From Octopus sinensis (taxonomy: Eukaryota), in NCBI RefSeq assembly GCF_006345805.1, contig NC_042998.1, positions 81,902,001-81,966,000 of the forward strand: a stretch of DNA of 64,000 nt, written 5' to 3'. The translations under genes were made by a program, and so were the position numbers. The stretch's first letter is position 1. Every line of letters begins with the position of its first letter. Under the pieces are notes generated by a model. It ran no database searches, was not told where the DNA came from, and worked only from the letters and a program-made list of their open reading frames with translations. Shown piece by piece: positions 25,810-39,339 of the stretch.

Positions 25810-26444
25810 GTACAGAACAATTTGTCCGAAGACGACCAGTTTTCTGTAACAAAAGGGGAAAATATTGTTTACAAAACTGAACAATTTCTAATTAATATCG
25901 AATAAATATTCACCAACGGAAGAAAATGATGCAAATATCTTGCTTTAAAGACCTCAATGTCTATTAATATTACTATTTTATGAGTAGTTGTCATTTGGTT
26001 ATATTCATACCAGTATAAATTATTATCTTAAGTTTTTTTTATACATATTAATGTTAAATAACATTTCTTAAGACTTCGATGTAACTCAACCAGGTTAGCA
26101 GCTGATTTCGCCATATAACAGTATTGAACAAACTAAAAAACCCAAGCGTCTGGACAATGCCTGGAAGGCAATTGAATTCTCCTGACAATACGTCTATTTA
26201 CACCGATAGGAAATACATTGGCCTATTAGAGTATCATTCAGCAAGAAAGTATATTATATACCTTCAAGGGAACACTGTAATTTCTTTAGCATGTTGACAT
26301 TTTTCAAATGTCTTGGTGAAACTGATCTAAGATTTGAAAAAAGCTTCATATGTCACAAGATTTAGAAAATATAATTGTGCACAGTTTTTGATAAAATGTA
26401 AGCATGAACATAATATTCAAATTCTTATGCATATATAGGTCATG

Positions 26445-26530
26445 TACCTACCTACCTACCTACCTACCTACCTACCTACCTACCTACCTACCTACCTACC
26501 TACCTACCTACCTACCTACCTACCTACCTA
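26445..26530. repeat. (TACC)n microsatellite
   Basis: Directly visible. Confidence 0.95.
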
Positions 26531-26846
26531 CATACATACATACATGCATACCTACCTACTTATCTACATACATACTTACCGACCTACCAACATACATACA
26601 TACATAATGTATATACAAATAGACACATATGCAACAAACACACATACACATATATAGATATTTGCCTATTCATAGAGGTACAAAAAAACTAAATTATTTC
26701 ATATGCAGCGTTTTTCCTTTGTTATATGTGCATTTATGTATATGCATAGGCTCATACACAGGCATATATGCAAGTATGGCTGTATCTCTCTCTCTCTCTC
26801 TCTCCATATATATATATATATATATATATATGCAAGCATGGTTGTA

Positions 26847-26889
<43 letters not shown>

Positions 26890-27892
26890 ATATATATATA
26901 TTATATATATATAATATATATATATATATATAGCAGTCGTGCCTCCCTACATACATGTGCATATGAAAGCGGACGGTGAGGAAGTAGAGAGCAGGAGAAA
27001 TAGAATAGAGAAAATTACTGAAAAAATTTACATGCCATTAAATATACCCTGTGTTGTGCAAGATTATAACGTGGAAATATAGATGGATTTTATAATACCA
27101 TTTACATATTCGTCATACGTGGATACCACCAACTGACACAATTCAATATCCATGAAATTACAGCATTCCATCATATATAGTGATGTTCTATTAAAGTTAC
27201 GGATTTTATCTTCAGTATTCGGTATATTACTACCATCGGATGTAATACTTAACTGAACTCATTCTTTTATTTCCTGTGTCTCTGCCTTTAAGAAAAGGAT
27301 TCCTTAGAATGATAACATTGAATAAAAATAATTCGAGCAATGAAATGAGAAAGAGGGGAAAGATAATTCTCAACCAACACTAATTCATCGGCAGTTTTCA
27401 ATTTCTTTTAGGTATATCAAGTGAAAAAAGCTGTGTTCTAAGGTCGAAGTGACTTGTTACTGTATGAAAACCTGCATGATGCTAACGTTTGTTAGATACA
27501 TGCATACGCTATGATTATTTTCGTTCGTATAATTTCCTTACGTGAAAAATAAATTAAAAGGTAACATTGATAGATGCGATAAATACAAAGTAAAGTAGTA
27601 TCTTCTACGTTTCGAAAATTCGTTTCACCTGCCACTGATGCATTACGTCATAGAAAAGTGTCTCTGCAATAAGAATATGCAAATAATATTCTGCTTAGAA
27701 AGGAAACGTTTCCTAATAGAATATTCAACGTGATCATATATGCAATCACACTCGCACACCCATAGAGACGCACATGTTCATACAAACAAATCACATACTT
27801 ACAAACATACATACACTCATACACACACATGCACGCACGCACATACACATACGCATATCACATATACATAAAGACACATCTATTTATCTATG

Positions 27893-27894
<2 letters not shown>

Positions 27895-27976
<82 letters not shown>
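27895..27976. repeat. (TA)n microsatellite
   Basis: Directly visible. Confidence 0.95.
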
Positions 27977-27977
27977 T

Positions 27978-28096
27978 GCCTGCTCGCTTAGCCAGCGGGG
28001 TGGCGTCATTGAAGGCTAAAACAAGGCGAAGCGCCTTGTGACCAGCGATGTGTAGCAACATCTGATAGCCTGGTCGGTTACGATGATCACGGTGAT
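27978..28096. mobile_element. Unclassified interspersed repeat fragment between (TA)n runs
   Basis: GC-richer island with internal hairpin ACAAGGCG-AAG-CGCCTTGT. Recognised by recall as an octopus-type repeat, not verified. Confidence 0.4.
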
Positions 28097-28112
28097 GTAT
28101 ATATATATATTT

Positions 28113-28214
28113 ATAACAATAAGGGTTTTGCAACAAGTTGCTTGACCACATACCGAAAATTGGTCAAGCAACGGTATGTGGTCAAGTAACTTGTTGCAAA
28201 ACTCTTATTGTTAT
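28113..28214. repeat. 43-bp inverted repeat with 16-nt spacer
   Basis: 28113-28155 versus 28172-28214. Two differences, both G-U compatible on the plus strand. Confidence 0.9.
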
Positions 28215-28327
28215 TACAATTATATAAGTTTTTACCGAATACGGTCTTTTCCATACCGAAATACTAGTAGGTTAAATTTGTTGATTTTATTAAATTAATT
28301 ATCTTTCACCCTATATCTGTAATGATC

Positions 28328-28360
<33 letters not shown>

Positions 28361-29304
28361 ATCTATATATATATATATTATATATATGCATACATACATA
28401 TATAAAAATATCTATATACATACATATACACACACACATACAATATATATATATATATTATATATATACACACGCAAATTTATACGCACACATATATATG
28501 TACGTTAAACAATAGACTGTAGAATCCTGATGTTTCGCCCAAGATGAGATGATAAATTTTACAAATAGTTCTTAATTATTCCCGAGGAGATCATGTCGAT
28601 TGTAGCAAGTTTATAAGAGTGTAAACATTTAAATATGAATATATGCCATTATGTATTTCTTCAAATACCGAGCAACGAACAGTTTCCACTTAGTACAATG
28701 AACATGCCCTCCACCCATTATCTCAGTTGCAGTCGGTTTCAGTGTTTACTAGGTATTTGCTTAGCTTTTCTTGCAGCTAAAATAATGTCAATAAATCTAG
28801 AATTTATCTTGTAAATTATTTCATATAATTTGATTTGTTCTTCTTGATCAAGTAAATGACAATGACTCGTGTGAGTTACATATCATCTTGATTTAATTTT
28901 CTCAGACTATAAATGTTATCGACTTCTTTATGTGTATTAATTGTGTGCCTGGTCGAAATCAAAATACTTGGAAACATGCATGTATACGTATACGTGTATA
29001 TGCTATGCAGAACAAAATTATTCATCACTTATTTCAATTACACAATATATAAATATACATAAAAGTACATACATACACACACACGCATATATATACATGC
29101 ATACATACATACATAAATACATACATACATACATACATACATACATTATGGCTGCCCCCTCGTTATCGAGTATGGCCATTGCACGAAGCTTAACTGTTAC
29201 TGGTGCTGTGATCGAATGTGACTTTTTAGCCCAGCTAAAGATCTACAATGTCTTGTACAAAATTGGAGACTATAACCTTTACTGACATACATATATACAT
29301 ACAT

Positions 29305-29545
29305 ACAGCAATACCGTCGCGCTTCAGGACCTGTTACTGCGATAGTCTGGGATTCAGGGTCCCACAGATTTTTAGTATTCTCCCAAAGAACATGAGGGAC
29401 CTACACAAAACGAATGTAGGTGTTTTCAAATCAAAACTGGATCCCTTCCTGTCGAGAGTCCCAGATGAACCTACCTCGCGACAAGAGGCGCAAATGAGGG
29501 CAGCGCCATCAAACAGCCTTATTCACCAAGATGTCACATAACAGA
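29305..29545 (+). mobile_element. 3' end of a CR1/L2-group non-LTR retrotransposon
   Basis: GPQIFSILPKNMRDLH..VGVFKSKLDPFLSRVPDEP...RAAPSNSLIHQ, typical of CR1-like ORF2 C-termini. Confidence 0.6.
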
Positions 29546-29654
29546 GGAAGCTCTCACTAATAACAGAGTAGCAAATCGGCACTGCCCCAGCATGGCCACA
29601 GCTTTGAACTAAAACTGATAAATAAATATGTATATATATATAATGTTTTATATT

Positions 29655-30022
29655 TTACTTGCTTCAGTCATTAGACTGCGGCCGTGCTTAAGCACTACGC
29701 TTATGAATTTTTATTGGTCTCCAGCACTTATTTTTTAAAACCCTGGTACTTATTCAGCGTCTCTTTTGCCAAACATCCTGGTTACGGGGCTTGTAATTAC
29801 CCCACTAATGGTTGTCAACGGGGATGCGGGACAGACACAGTGACACACAACGTGGGTATAAATATAAGATGGAACTCTTTCAGTTTTCGTCTACGAAATG
29901 CACTCACAAGACTTCGGTTGCCCTAAAGCTATTGTAGAAGACACTGAGCCAAAGTGTTACACAGTTAGACTGAACTCGGAACCTTGTAGCTGGGAAGCAA
30001 ATTTCTTACCACACAGCCACAG
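29655..30022 (-). mobile_element. tRNA-derived CORE-type SINE, family C (my label), decayed
   Basis: Reverse complement homologous to 49805-50205 (GTGGCTGTGTGGTAAG head, GTAGACGAAAACTGAAAG, GACTGAAGCAAGTAAA tail). Confidence 0.75.
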
Positions 30023-30031
30023 CAGTGGCTA

Positions 30032-30066
<35 letters not shown>

Positions 30067-30401
30067 GTGTTTTGAATTAAATTTTCGATAATTAGTTATA
30101 TAACGCTTTCAACCCGTTTCAGAGAACATTCAGGAATGATATTTCCACTGATAATTAATTTTTTTTTTATGTATGTGACTTTGTTGAAAAAAAACATATA
30201 TAGAGTTTTAATTGGATGAGAATGTTCTTTGCTATTTTGTATCTACATGTGTGTATGCGTGTGCTTATATGTGTGTTTATGTGTGTATATGTGTTTGCCG
30301 AACCTTTGGAAGGTACATTTATTTTCAACTAACTCGTATATAAAAATGCATAGATGTTCTGTAAAAATATCACTCCTGAAACGATATACATATATAGACA
30401 C

Positions 30402-30452
<51 letters not shown>

Positions 30453-30456
30453 CACG

Positions 30457-30495
<39 letters not shown>

Positions 30496-31625
30496 TAGAA
30501 AGACCCAAACAATGCAATTTTGTATTGGAAATAGTGAGTAATGCACGCATAACTTTTTTACGAGAGAAAATCAAGTGAACAGCCGTTACCGTTGAGTTAA
30601 CATTAATTCTAGCAAAGATATCATTAACCTTTACGTTACGGAAAGTGAATTTGCATTTATGTCTATGGGTGTTGCCTTCTCAACTTGCCTTAGCTCCGTT
30701 TTGGCCAATTTAGGTTGAAAAGTAGTACAGCTTTGGCTGAAATTTAAAAAACTAAATTACCTACAAGTACCCTGTCTCGTGAGTTCTTTTATTAAGAAAT
30801 ATGTAGATGTTTTAAAGTAGATTTGGTCGTTGGTTCTTTCGTAAATGTGTGAAGTTTTATTGCATCTTAACGCTAACTTAATTGAGAAGGTGATATGTAC
30901 TGTATTTATATTTATGAGAATGCACCATCAACTGTACTTATGACGTACTTTTTGATTTTGTGATAAGTGTTGCAAACTTACTACGATAAAAGGTAAACAA
31001 CAAAACGTGGATGGGAAGCGGCTCTTAAATCGACTTATGTGCAAAATGCCGTATCTTAATGTACAGTTTGTAGCCGGTTGAGTCAATATTGTTGGTAGCA
31101 TAACTTTGTGTCAAATAAAATGCGTGCAGTTGGCAATTCTTATAACCGAATTTAGATTCTTTGTGTGTCATTAGGATCGTTAATAATACCTACTTCGCAA
31201 TATATAAATATTATGCATGCATATATGCATTTATGAATGTACATGTGCATTTTTATGTGAATACATATTAAGAATGTATCGATGACTGCATTATATACAT
31301 ATAAGTGTGCTGTTTGATTGTATGAACGTGTTTTTCAATACGTCTTTTTACATTATATCCGTTATATTTATGCATGAATGCTTACATACAAGTAGGGAAC
31401 AAGACCTGCTTCTCTGTAATATTTGAATGCTTCCAAAGTCAACACCTTTAACGTCAATGGGTTCTTCATCTATCCTGTTCCATTGAGTTGCTACAAAGTC
31501 TGAGGTATTCTTGAAAATGTAATACAAAGATGTTGTTAATAAAAATATAACGAAAGAATATTATAAAAATTACATCAGGCTTAACAAGTAGTATGGAAAT
31601 CATATCTGATACAATATATTTTCAG

Positions 31626-31670
31626 TGGCATTATTGACAGCGATATTTGAGATACATAACTGGAAATTCG
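31626..31670 (+). other. Candidate 45-nt internal coding exon (phase 1-1), (x)ALLTAIFEIHNWKF(x)
   Basis: Acceptor ATATATTTTCAG and consensus donor CG|GTAAGT. Length divisible by 3 and only one frame is open. No partner exons established. Confidence 0.3.
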
Positions 31671-32781
31671 GTAAGTAATTATTACAAACAACAGTTCCAG
31701 GTATAAACTGGAAGCTTCTGAGAAATATCCACAGGGAAATCTACGCCAGGAAAGAAATGACTGTGCATGACACTCTTGTTCAGTCCACATAGCCTTTGAA
31801 TCGTGTATAATGCCAGACAATGTTTGCTTGATAAGAGCATCGGTAATATATACACAAAACATATGCGTTGAAATGAAAAGAAAACAACTTGCTATAGAGC
31901 CCTTAAGATATAGAATCCTCTTGAATGGTTGACATAGCAGATCATTGCAGTAAGTTGCAGTAAATGTGACAAGTTAAGTTCCGTCAGAAAACAAGGCTCC
32001 AATTAGTCCTTGTGATAAGCTGTATTATATATAAATCCTGGTAAATTCACATGATGCATTTCCATAATATGCGGCTTCTCTGATTTCTTTACAACAATAT
32101 GTTTATATATTTTAATCTGTTACTTATGTTTAGTTTGGATAAATATATTTGTTATGTTTAATAAGATTTCTTAGCGTTTTCGGACTCTTCAGCCGAATAA
32201 AATTATGTTGAAGACGTACTGACGGATCATTTTGCTGTAGGTAGCACAGGATCATAAAAGTCACATATAACTTCGTCATCATCGTTTTGGTAACTGTGTA
32301 AGAGTCCACCACAACCTGCGGCGCAGTTTATTTCTACTTCATAGCAGTTTTAAATATGTCCTGTTATTTTCCATTGTAAAAGTTGTGTTTAATTTGGAAT
32401 TTTATAAGTGATGTTAGTGCTGTAAGCAAATGTATTTTTATACCTACATAAAAGAAATTAGATCAGAATCATTAGTTGATATCATTACCATCTGCCATTG
32501 AGTTTCACAAAAAATAATAAATCCAATCCGGAAGGAAGATGAGTGCCGAGCACTACAATAAATAATTAAATAAATAAATTAATAAATGAACTTGCATTTA
32601 TAGCATGTGTAATAGTATATTTTCTTAACAAATGTTATGCACCAGCGATGCTTCCAATTAAAATTTTAATGAGGTGTTTAAAATTATTTGCGGCATATGG
32701 AGTTAATACAATGTATTCTGTTACTGAATTTTCTATAACGGTACGCCATATCTAAGACATTTGCATTGCATTAGTAGATTC

Positions 32782-32815
32782 ATATATATATATTTATATA
32801 TATGTATATATGTAT

Positions 32816-32908
<93 letters not shown>

Positions 32909-32925
32909 TATATATAATACTAATA

Positions 32926-32957
<32 letters not shown>

Positions 32958-32975
32958 TGATAATAATGATAGTAA
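32782..32975. repeat. Long (TA)n followed by (AAT)n
   Basis: Directly visible. Confidence 0.95.
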
Positions 32976-33399
32976 TAGTGCTGATAATATATCTATCTAC
33001 CTACACACACACACACACACTCAAAGAGTTCAACCAACACAAGAAAGTATTATTTGACAGGCAAGAACTCTGGTGTTGAAGACAGTCGCCAGCCAACCAC
33101 CAAGCCAGCCAACGAGACAGACAGACACTACTGTGATGGCGATAATGATAAAAAACAAAAATAACAATAATAAGATACTGTGTGACTACACATAAAACAA
33201 TATCATTGATGATGATGGTGGTGAGGTGATGGTGATGATGATAATGATGATGGTAATGGTGGTGATAATGATGATAGTGATGGTAATGGTGATGATAATA
33301 ACAATAATAAGCCGACTACGGCTGCTATAATGGTACGATTATAATTGTAACGGCAATGATGGCCGTCTCCCCACGAGCCAATCAAAGCTAAAAAATGAT

Positions 33400-36300
33400 A
33401 ACATTATTATCGTAGCACACCAAAATGTTTTTGGAAACTAAAAGGAAAACTAAATCAGTATACCCAATCGCTTGTCCTATGGTTAATCTGGAAGCGCGTC
33501 CCCCAGGAAGCCAGCCTGGGATCGAAAAGTCATCAACTGGCACAAACTCTTCTCCGAATACGGACATGGATGGTCACTTGAACGGGAAATCCCCCAACTC
33601 GAGCCCTCCAAGTTCACCACCACAACCACCACAGAAAGAAAAATGTAAGCGGAACAAATGGACCCGAGAAGAGTATAAAGAAGTAATATACGCTTATTAC
33701 TATGCATTAGGTAGGCCATCTCAAGAGAGACACACCCCAAACTCTTACAGTATATGGAGAACACGGAATCAAGACAGTAGGCCCTATTTGGACAAGAACA
33801 AATTAGCAAATGTGAGGAGGGATATCCTTAGAAATAACAGACTCAAAGACAGTGAAATAAGCGCGATCAAGCACGCAACGGAAAATGACATAAATATAAG
33901 ACACAAAGGAAATGAAGAATCAGATGAACAGTATAGCCCGCCACGAGGCTTAATTGAAAGACTGCCATCTGACCAAAGTACGCAAAGGCCTGAAGATACA
34001 AGAAATTCTATTGTACCTGTTAAAGATAGCCAGGAAAACGAAAAAACAACAGTAACTGAAGATCTCGCATTTGCTGAAGAACACAGAGAGTCTATGGCAG
34101 AAATGAGGCAGAAAATCCTGAATACGCTTGAAGTTGTAAGACATACAAACCAAAATAAAAAACAAATCCAAATTGGCAACTATGTAACAAATGAAATAAT
34201 ACGAGAATTAAAACCTGATTTTACTGAGTTAAATGAAATTATTTACGCTTCTGCTAGGGCAATTGAAACCAGCTGTATGCCCCCGAAAAACAAAGAAAAC
34301 AAAACCTGGGAAGAAATCAAACCTGGAGAAGTAAAATTGAAAAAGAGATGAATTTATGAGAGGGGAAATATCAATATTAAATGAGCTAATATGTGGAAAT
34401 GATGTAAGATCCAGAACAGGAAGAAAGATGAAGAGAAAATTTGGATCCTCACCAAGAGAAGAACTGATATCAATAAAAGAAACGCTGAAACAAAAAGTCC
34501 AAGCAAAAGTCCAAAGAATACGAAGATTTGAGAAGAGAAACAAGTTTTACAAGCAAAATAAGCTGTTCACATCCAATGCCAAAAAATTCTACAGAGAAAT
34601 AGGGAAGGAGAAAGTAACCGTTAAAGACCCCCCTCCCATGGAAGAAGTTCAAAACTTTTGGAAAAGGATTTGGAGTGACAAGAAGACGTACAACATAAAT
34701 GCAGACTGGGTTATACAAACTGAAGGATCCTACCAAAATTTACAACAAGCATGGGAAGACATCACAATAGCAGACCTAGAAAGGCACTCACGAAGGCCCA
34801 TAATTGAAATCCCCCGGTAAAGATAGGGTGCCGAATTTCTGGCTCGCATCGCTCCCATGCGCACACGGTAAGCTAGTTCAGCTGCTCAATGGAATTATGA
34901 GAGACCCAAAGAAAACACCTGAATGGTTAGCAAGTGGCATTACTCCCAAAGAATAACGAAACCAACCTTCCAAAAAACTATCGGCCTATAACCTGTCTAT
35001 CCACCACGTATAAAATCCTAACATCTATCCTGGCAGAGAAAACATATGCATTCATGGAGAAGAACGATATTTTCCCCATTGAACAAAAAGGGTGCCGCCG
35101 AGGCTCCACGGTTGCAAAGATCAACTGCTAATCAATCGTATGATCCTTGAGAACTGTCACAACAAGCGCAGAAATCTCAGCACCGCATGGATTGACTACA
35201 AAAAGGCCTTCGACAGTATACCGCATCCATGGATCTTGAGATCGCTGGACATCTTCAAAATTTCCCCTGTGATTTCAAACTTCCTGAAGCACAATATGTC
35301 GTTGTGGAATACGAATCTCCAATTATACCACTCTAATGGAGTACTTGCCTCAAAAAATATAAACATCAACTGTGGAATTTTTCAAGGTGACTCACTTTCA
35401 CCTTTAATATTCTGCATAGCCCTAATACCCCTTACAAGTGAATTAAACAGAACAGGGTATGGGTATAAAATTGCCAATAAAAAAATAAGCCATCTATTTT
35501 ATATGGATGACTTAAAACTTTATGGTAAAGACAATAATGAACTTGAAAGCCTATTGCGCACCGTGAAAGCATTCAGCGATGACATCGGGATGGAGTTTGG
35601 ACTTGAGAAGTTTGCCAAGGCCACTTTCCAGAAAGAGAAAGTGAAGACCACAAATTCAGTCGTGTTAGATGTTGACACAGTCATAAGAGAGCTTGAGCAA
35701 GAACAAACATACAAATATTTAGGGATAAATGAAGGCTCTGGTATTCAGCATGCAAGCATGAAAGAGAAAATCAGGAAGGAATGTTATAGGAGAGTTCGTG
35801 CAGTCCTGAAATCTGAACTAAATGCACGTAACAAGGTGTTAGCTATAAATTCCTTAGCAGTTCCAGGTGTTACTTATAGCTACAATGTGTTGAACTGGAA
35901 TATGAGTGAAGTAAAGAATATAGATAGAAAAATACGCAAGCTGCTGAGTTGTAATAGGATGCACCACCCAAAGGCAGACGTAGATCGCCTTTACCTTCCC
36001 AGAGCCCAAGGAGGTCGAGGCCTGACCCAATTTGAACTAGCTTACAAAACAACCACAATTGGACTGGCCAAATATCTCGAAATATCGAATGACTGGATGC
36101 TAAAGCTCGTGAAAATCACGAGAGACGAAAGAAGCTTCATTCTATCATAAAGGAAAGCAAAAATTTGCTATTGATCTCGTGCAGGATACCCAAACTGAAC
36201 AACCCGAGGGAAGTACGGCAACTATTGTTGCAAAGAAGGTGAAAATGATGGCAATGAAGAAAGCGCACGAGCAATTGGCTGATAGGTGGGAGGAGAAACC

Positions 36301-37250
36301 TCTGCACGGCAAATATGTGACCCGCAGCAAACAAGCTGATGTTGACCAGAAGCAAACCCATCAGTGGCTACGGAGCTCAGGGCTAAAAGCAGAGAGCGAA
36401 GGTTTCATCCTGGCTGCTCAAGATCAAAGCCTATTAACCCGGAACTACCAGGCCAATGTGATGAAAAATGGAGCAGACCCAAAATGCCGATTCTGCAACG
36501 ACATGATTGAAACAGTGGACCACCTAATCTCTGGATGTAAAGTCTTAGCACCAGTGGAGTATAAATTAAGACATGACAGAGTTGGCCAATATCTCCACTG
36601 GCTAATAAGTCGGCATTACAATATCAAAACTGCCGACAAGTGGTATAATCACCACCCTGAGGCTGTAACTGAAGGAGAAAATGTAACCATTCTGTGGGAC
36701 TTTTCAGTACATACAGACCGAACCATCAAGGCCAATAAACCAGATATTGTTGTGAAAGACCAAAACAATAAAGTTTGCTTATTGATCGACATGAGCATCC
36801 CCTGTGATCATAATATCTCAGCGAAAGAGTTTGACAAGCTCAGAAAATATAAACACCTACTCATTGAAATTGAGAAAATGTGGCATCTCAAGGCGGTTAC
36901 AATACCAATGATCGTAGGAGCACTAGGAATGATCAAGAAGGGAACCGAAAATTATTTTAGAATGATCCCTGGCTTACCATCCCTGCAAGAAGTGCAAAAG
37001 ATTGTCTTAACTGGTACATCACACGTATTGAGAAGAGCATTGTCGATGTGAGAACTGTTGCTGCTCATGTATTTTAATTTAACTTAAAAAAAAAAAAAAA
37101 TGAACGAACTACTGAGTTTGGTCTAATGGCCTACCAATGTATACTATGAGTTTCTTTGCCCTAGGAGTCGGGAAGACACTCGGCAAGAAATGGAATCAAA
37201 TTTGAAAGAAGAAAAAAAAAGTATTAATAATAATAATAATAATAATAATA
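33400..37250 (+). mobile_element. Near full-length Dong/R4-like RLE retrotransposon (Myb-like N-terminus, RT, CCHC, PD-(D/E)xK RLE), broken into five ORF pieces, (TAA)n tail
   Basis: KWTREEYKEVIYAYY..WRTRN..RPYLDKNKLANVRRDI; YRPITCLSTTYKILT; AWIDYKKAFDSIPH; GIFQGDSLSPLIFC; FYMDDLKLY; CRFCNDMIETVDHLISGC; RHD; KPDIVVKD..LIDMSIP..KLRKY. Stop at 37051 and (AAT)n at about 37225-37250. Confidence 0.95.
35092..36150 (+). pseudogene. RT-domain ORF fragment of the Dong/R4-like element
   Basis: 352-aa ORF in the track with RT motifs. Frameshifted relative to the flanking pieces. Confidence 0.9.
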
Positions 37251-37406
37251 GGGAATATTATTCCAACCTTACAAGGAAAAAATTCAATTTAGTAATACTT
37301 GTACATTACTTAATCATTGGTATATGTTTTTATCTTATATTTCATTTTTTTCTATATGGTATAATTTAATTATTTCATTGTTGAATTGATAAAAGATGGT
37401 TATTGG

Positions 37407-37441
<35 letters not shown>

Positions 37442-38236
37442 TCAGTAGTTATATCGGATAACATATTTTTAACTACATTCTAGAGGAACGTATATCTAAA
37501 CAACGGTGTCTGCATCTAAGCAGTAAACACAGACACAAGTGGGCACAATTACGCAAATGTAGGAACAGTTTCCTCATGATCGTTTATTTCCTTACCTTGT
37601 TCAATGAAATATCATGGATCACCCCTGTCCGTTTCCGGGGTGTATACATTACATGATGCGAATTTATTTAACGCATGTACAGCATTTACTATTTGATGGT
37701 TTAAATGTAACAACAACATTTTCAATATATTAAAACATACTGCAAAGTGATTTATGCAATATAGATTTCTACTGCAGGAAAATCACTTGTGCTTCTACAC
37801 TATTTCCTCTTGTTACCTTATAACGTTTAATCGGAACAAATCTTATTACTATCATATTAAATAATTTCACTTGGCTTGACGATTTCTGCAGCATTCTGTC
37901 ACCTGTATTACGTCATTTGGTTATTTATGTATAATCTGTATCTGTAGAATAATGCAATTTAAATTCAAACATTTCTTGCTTTCGCACTTTTATATTCGTC
38001 ATCAATTGTTTCATAGAGATAAAGATACTTCATTTTCATAATTCAACCTAAGTTCAACATGACGAAAATGTCTTTGTGGAGTAAAGCCAGTTTGAATAAC
38101 TCATTGAATGATTTCAATGCAATTACAAAAGTGTTAAAATGTCCATGTAGGAATATAAAAATATATGCTACAGAGAAAGCACTAAGAAAGGAGGAAAGAA
38201 AAAGCGAATGAATGAAACAGATAAATAAATAAATAA

Positions 38237-38283
<47 letters not shown>

Positions 38284-38831
38284 AATATATATATACAGAG
38301 AGAAAGAGAGAGTGAGAGAGAGTAAGTAAGGGAGAGAAATATTTGTTCAACACAATGAAAATTTTATCAGAAACATCGGGTACAAGTAAAATTTACTTAG
38401 AAATTATTCAACATTACAAGGTGTCTCATAGCGTACGTGACTTATTACTGCACGGCTGGTAATCGAATATCTAAGTTAGTATAGTGTGTTGGTGAGCTAA
38501 TGTGGAGATAACTACAGAGGACAGACTCCAGTGAGTTCCAACTTATTACACATACAACACTAATATATTTGAAAAATAAATTTGGTATTGCAGTTCCCAA
38601 TCGATTCCTTATTTTTTTTTAGCAGCACTAATGTTAGGAATTTTGCTTACTGTGGATGATTGAAATTAGAAACACAATTACAACCTGTTTTGCACCTGGC
38701 AATACGTTTAAAGTAGACAGCAGCTTAACGAACAAATGTTCTTTTAATCGCCCCGTCGTGAGTACATTTAATTAGAAATCATGGAAAACAGTAAAAGAAA
38801 AATAGTATAATCCCTCTTTATAAATATATAC

Positions 38832-38881
<50 letters not shown>

Positions 38882-38934
38882 TGTGTGTGTGTGTGTGTGT
38901 GTGGTGTGTGTGTGTGTAAAAAAATACAAACTGG

Positions 38935-39065
38935 GACAAGAACGCAAAACATTTACAAGACGATACAAAAAACACGGACGGGACATTCGAAGCCTTCAAT
39001 CTTCAGTCAAGAACCGGATCATCCTCGCAATTTCGGCTGATTAATCTTGAGATTGCTCCAATCTG

Positions 39066-39069
<4 letters not shown>
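38935..39069. mobile_element. Probable Penelope-like terminal fragment between (TG)n and (TA)n arrays
   Basis: Contains TTCGAAGCCTTCAATCTTCAG and TTTCGGCTG motifs of the kind seen at PLE ends. No coding sequence. Confidence 0.35.
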
Positions 39070-39150
<81 letters not shown>

Positions 39151-39190
39151 AATGGATATCTTATAAAACTATTCCGCACATACAATAACT

Positions 39191-39339
39191 TTGCTGTTGA
39201 GAGAAACGGTGACTATGTTGAGAAGTAGAGATGTGATCCACACAGGACCCGCTCCATTTTGATGTATGATAATGTTCCTGTGTTAGTAATTATTATACCT
39301 GTCATAAAGAAAATGGCGTTACTTTTTTACTTACCCTCG
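39191..39339 (+). mobile_element. Mariner 3'-end fragment, same family as 40101-40652
   Basis: GAGAGAAACGGTGACTATGTTGAGAAGTAG...TTACCCTCG|TA. Confidence 0.8.

Noticed and set aside
32163-32198. Minus-strand CUGAAGA-GUCC-GAAA
   Set aside because: Helix II is too short to fold, and there is no helix I or III pairing or NUH triplet.
33355-33400. Possible HDV-like ribozyme at the 5' end of the Dong/R4 element (TCCCCACG ... GCTAA)
   Set aside because: No P1, P2 or P4 pairing could be built around the loop-like and J4/2-like words.
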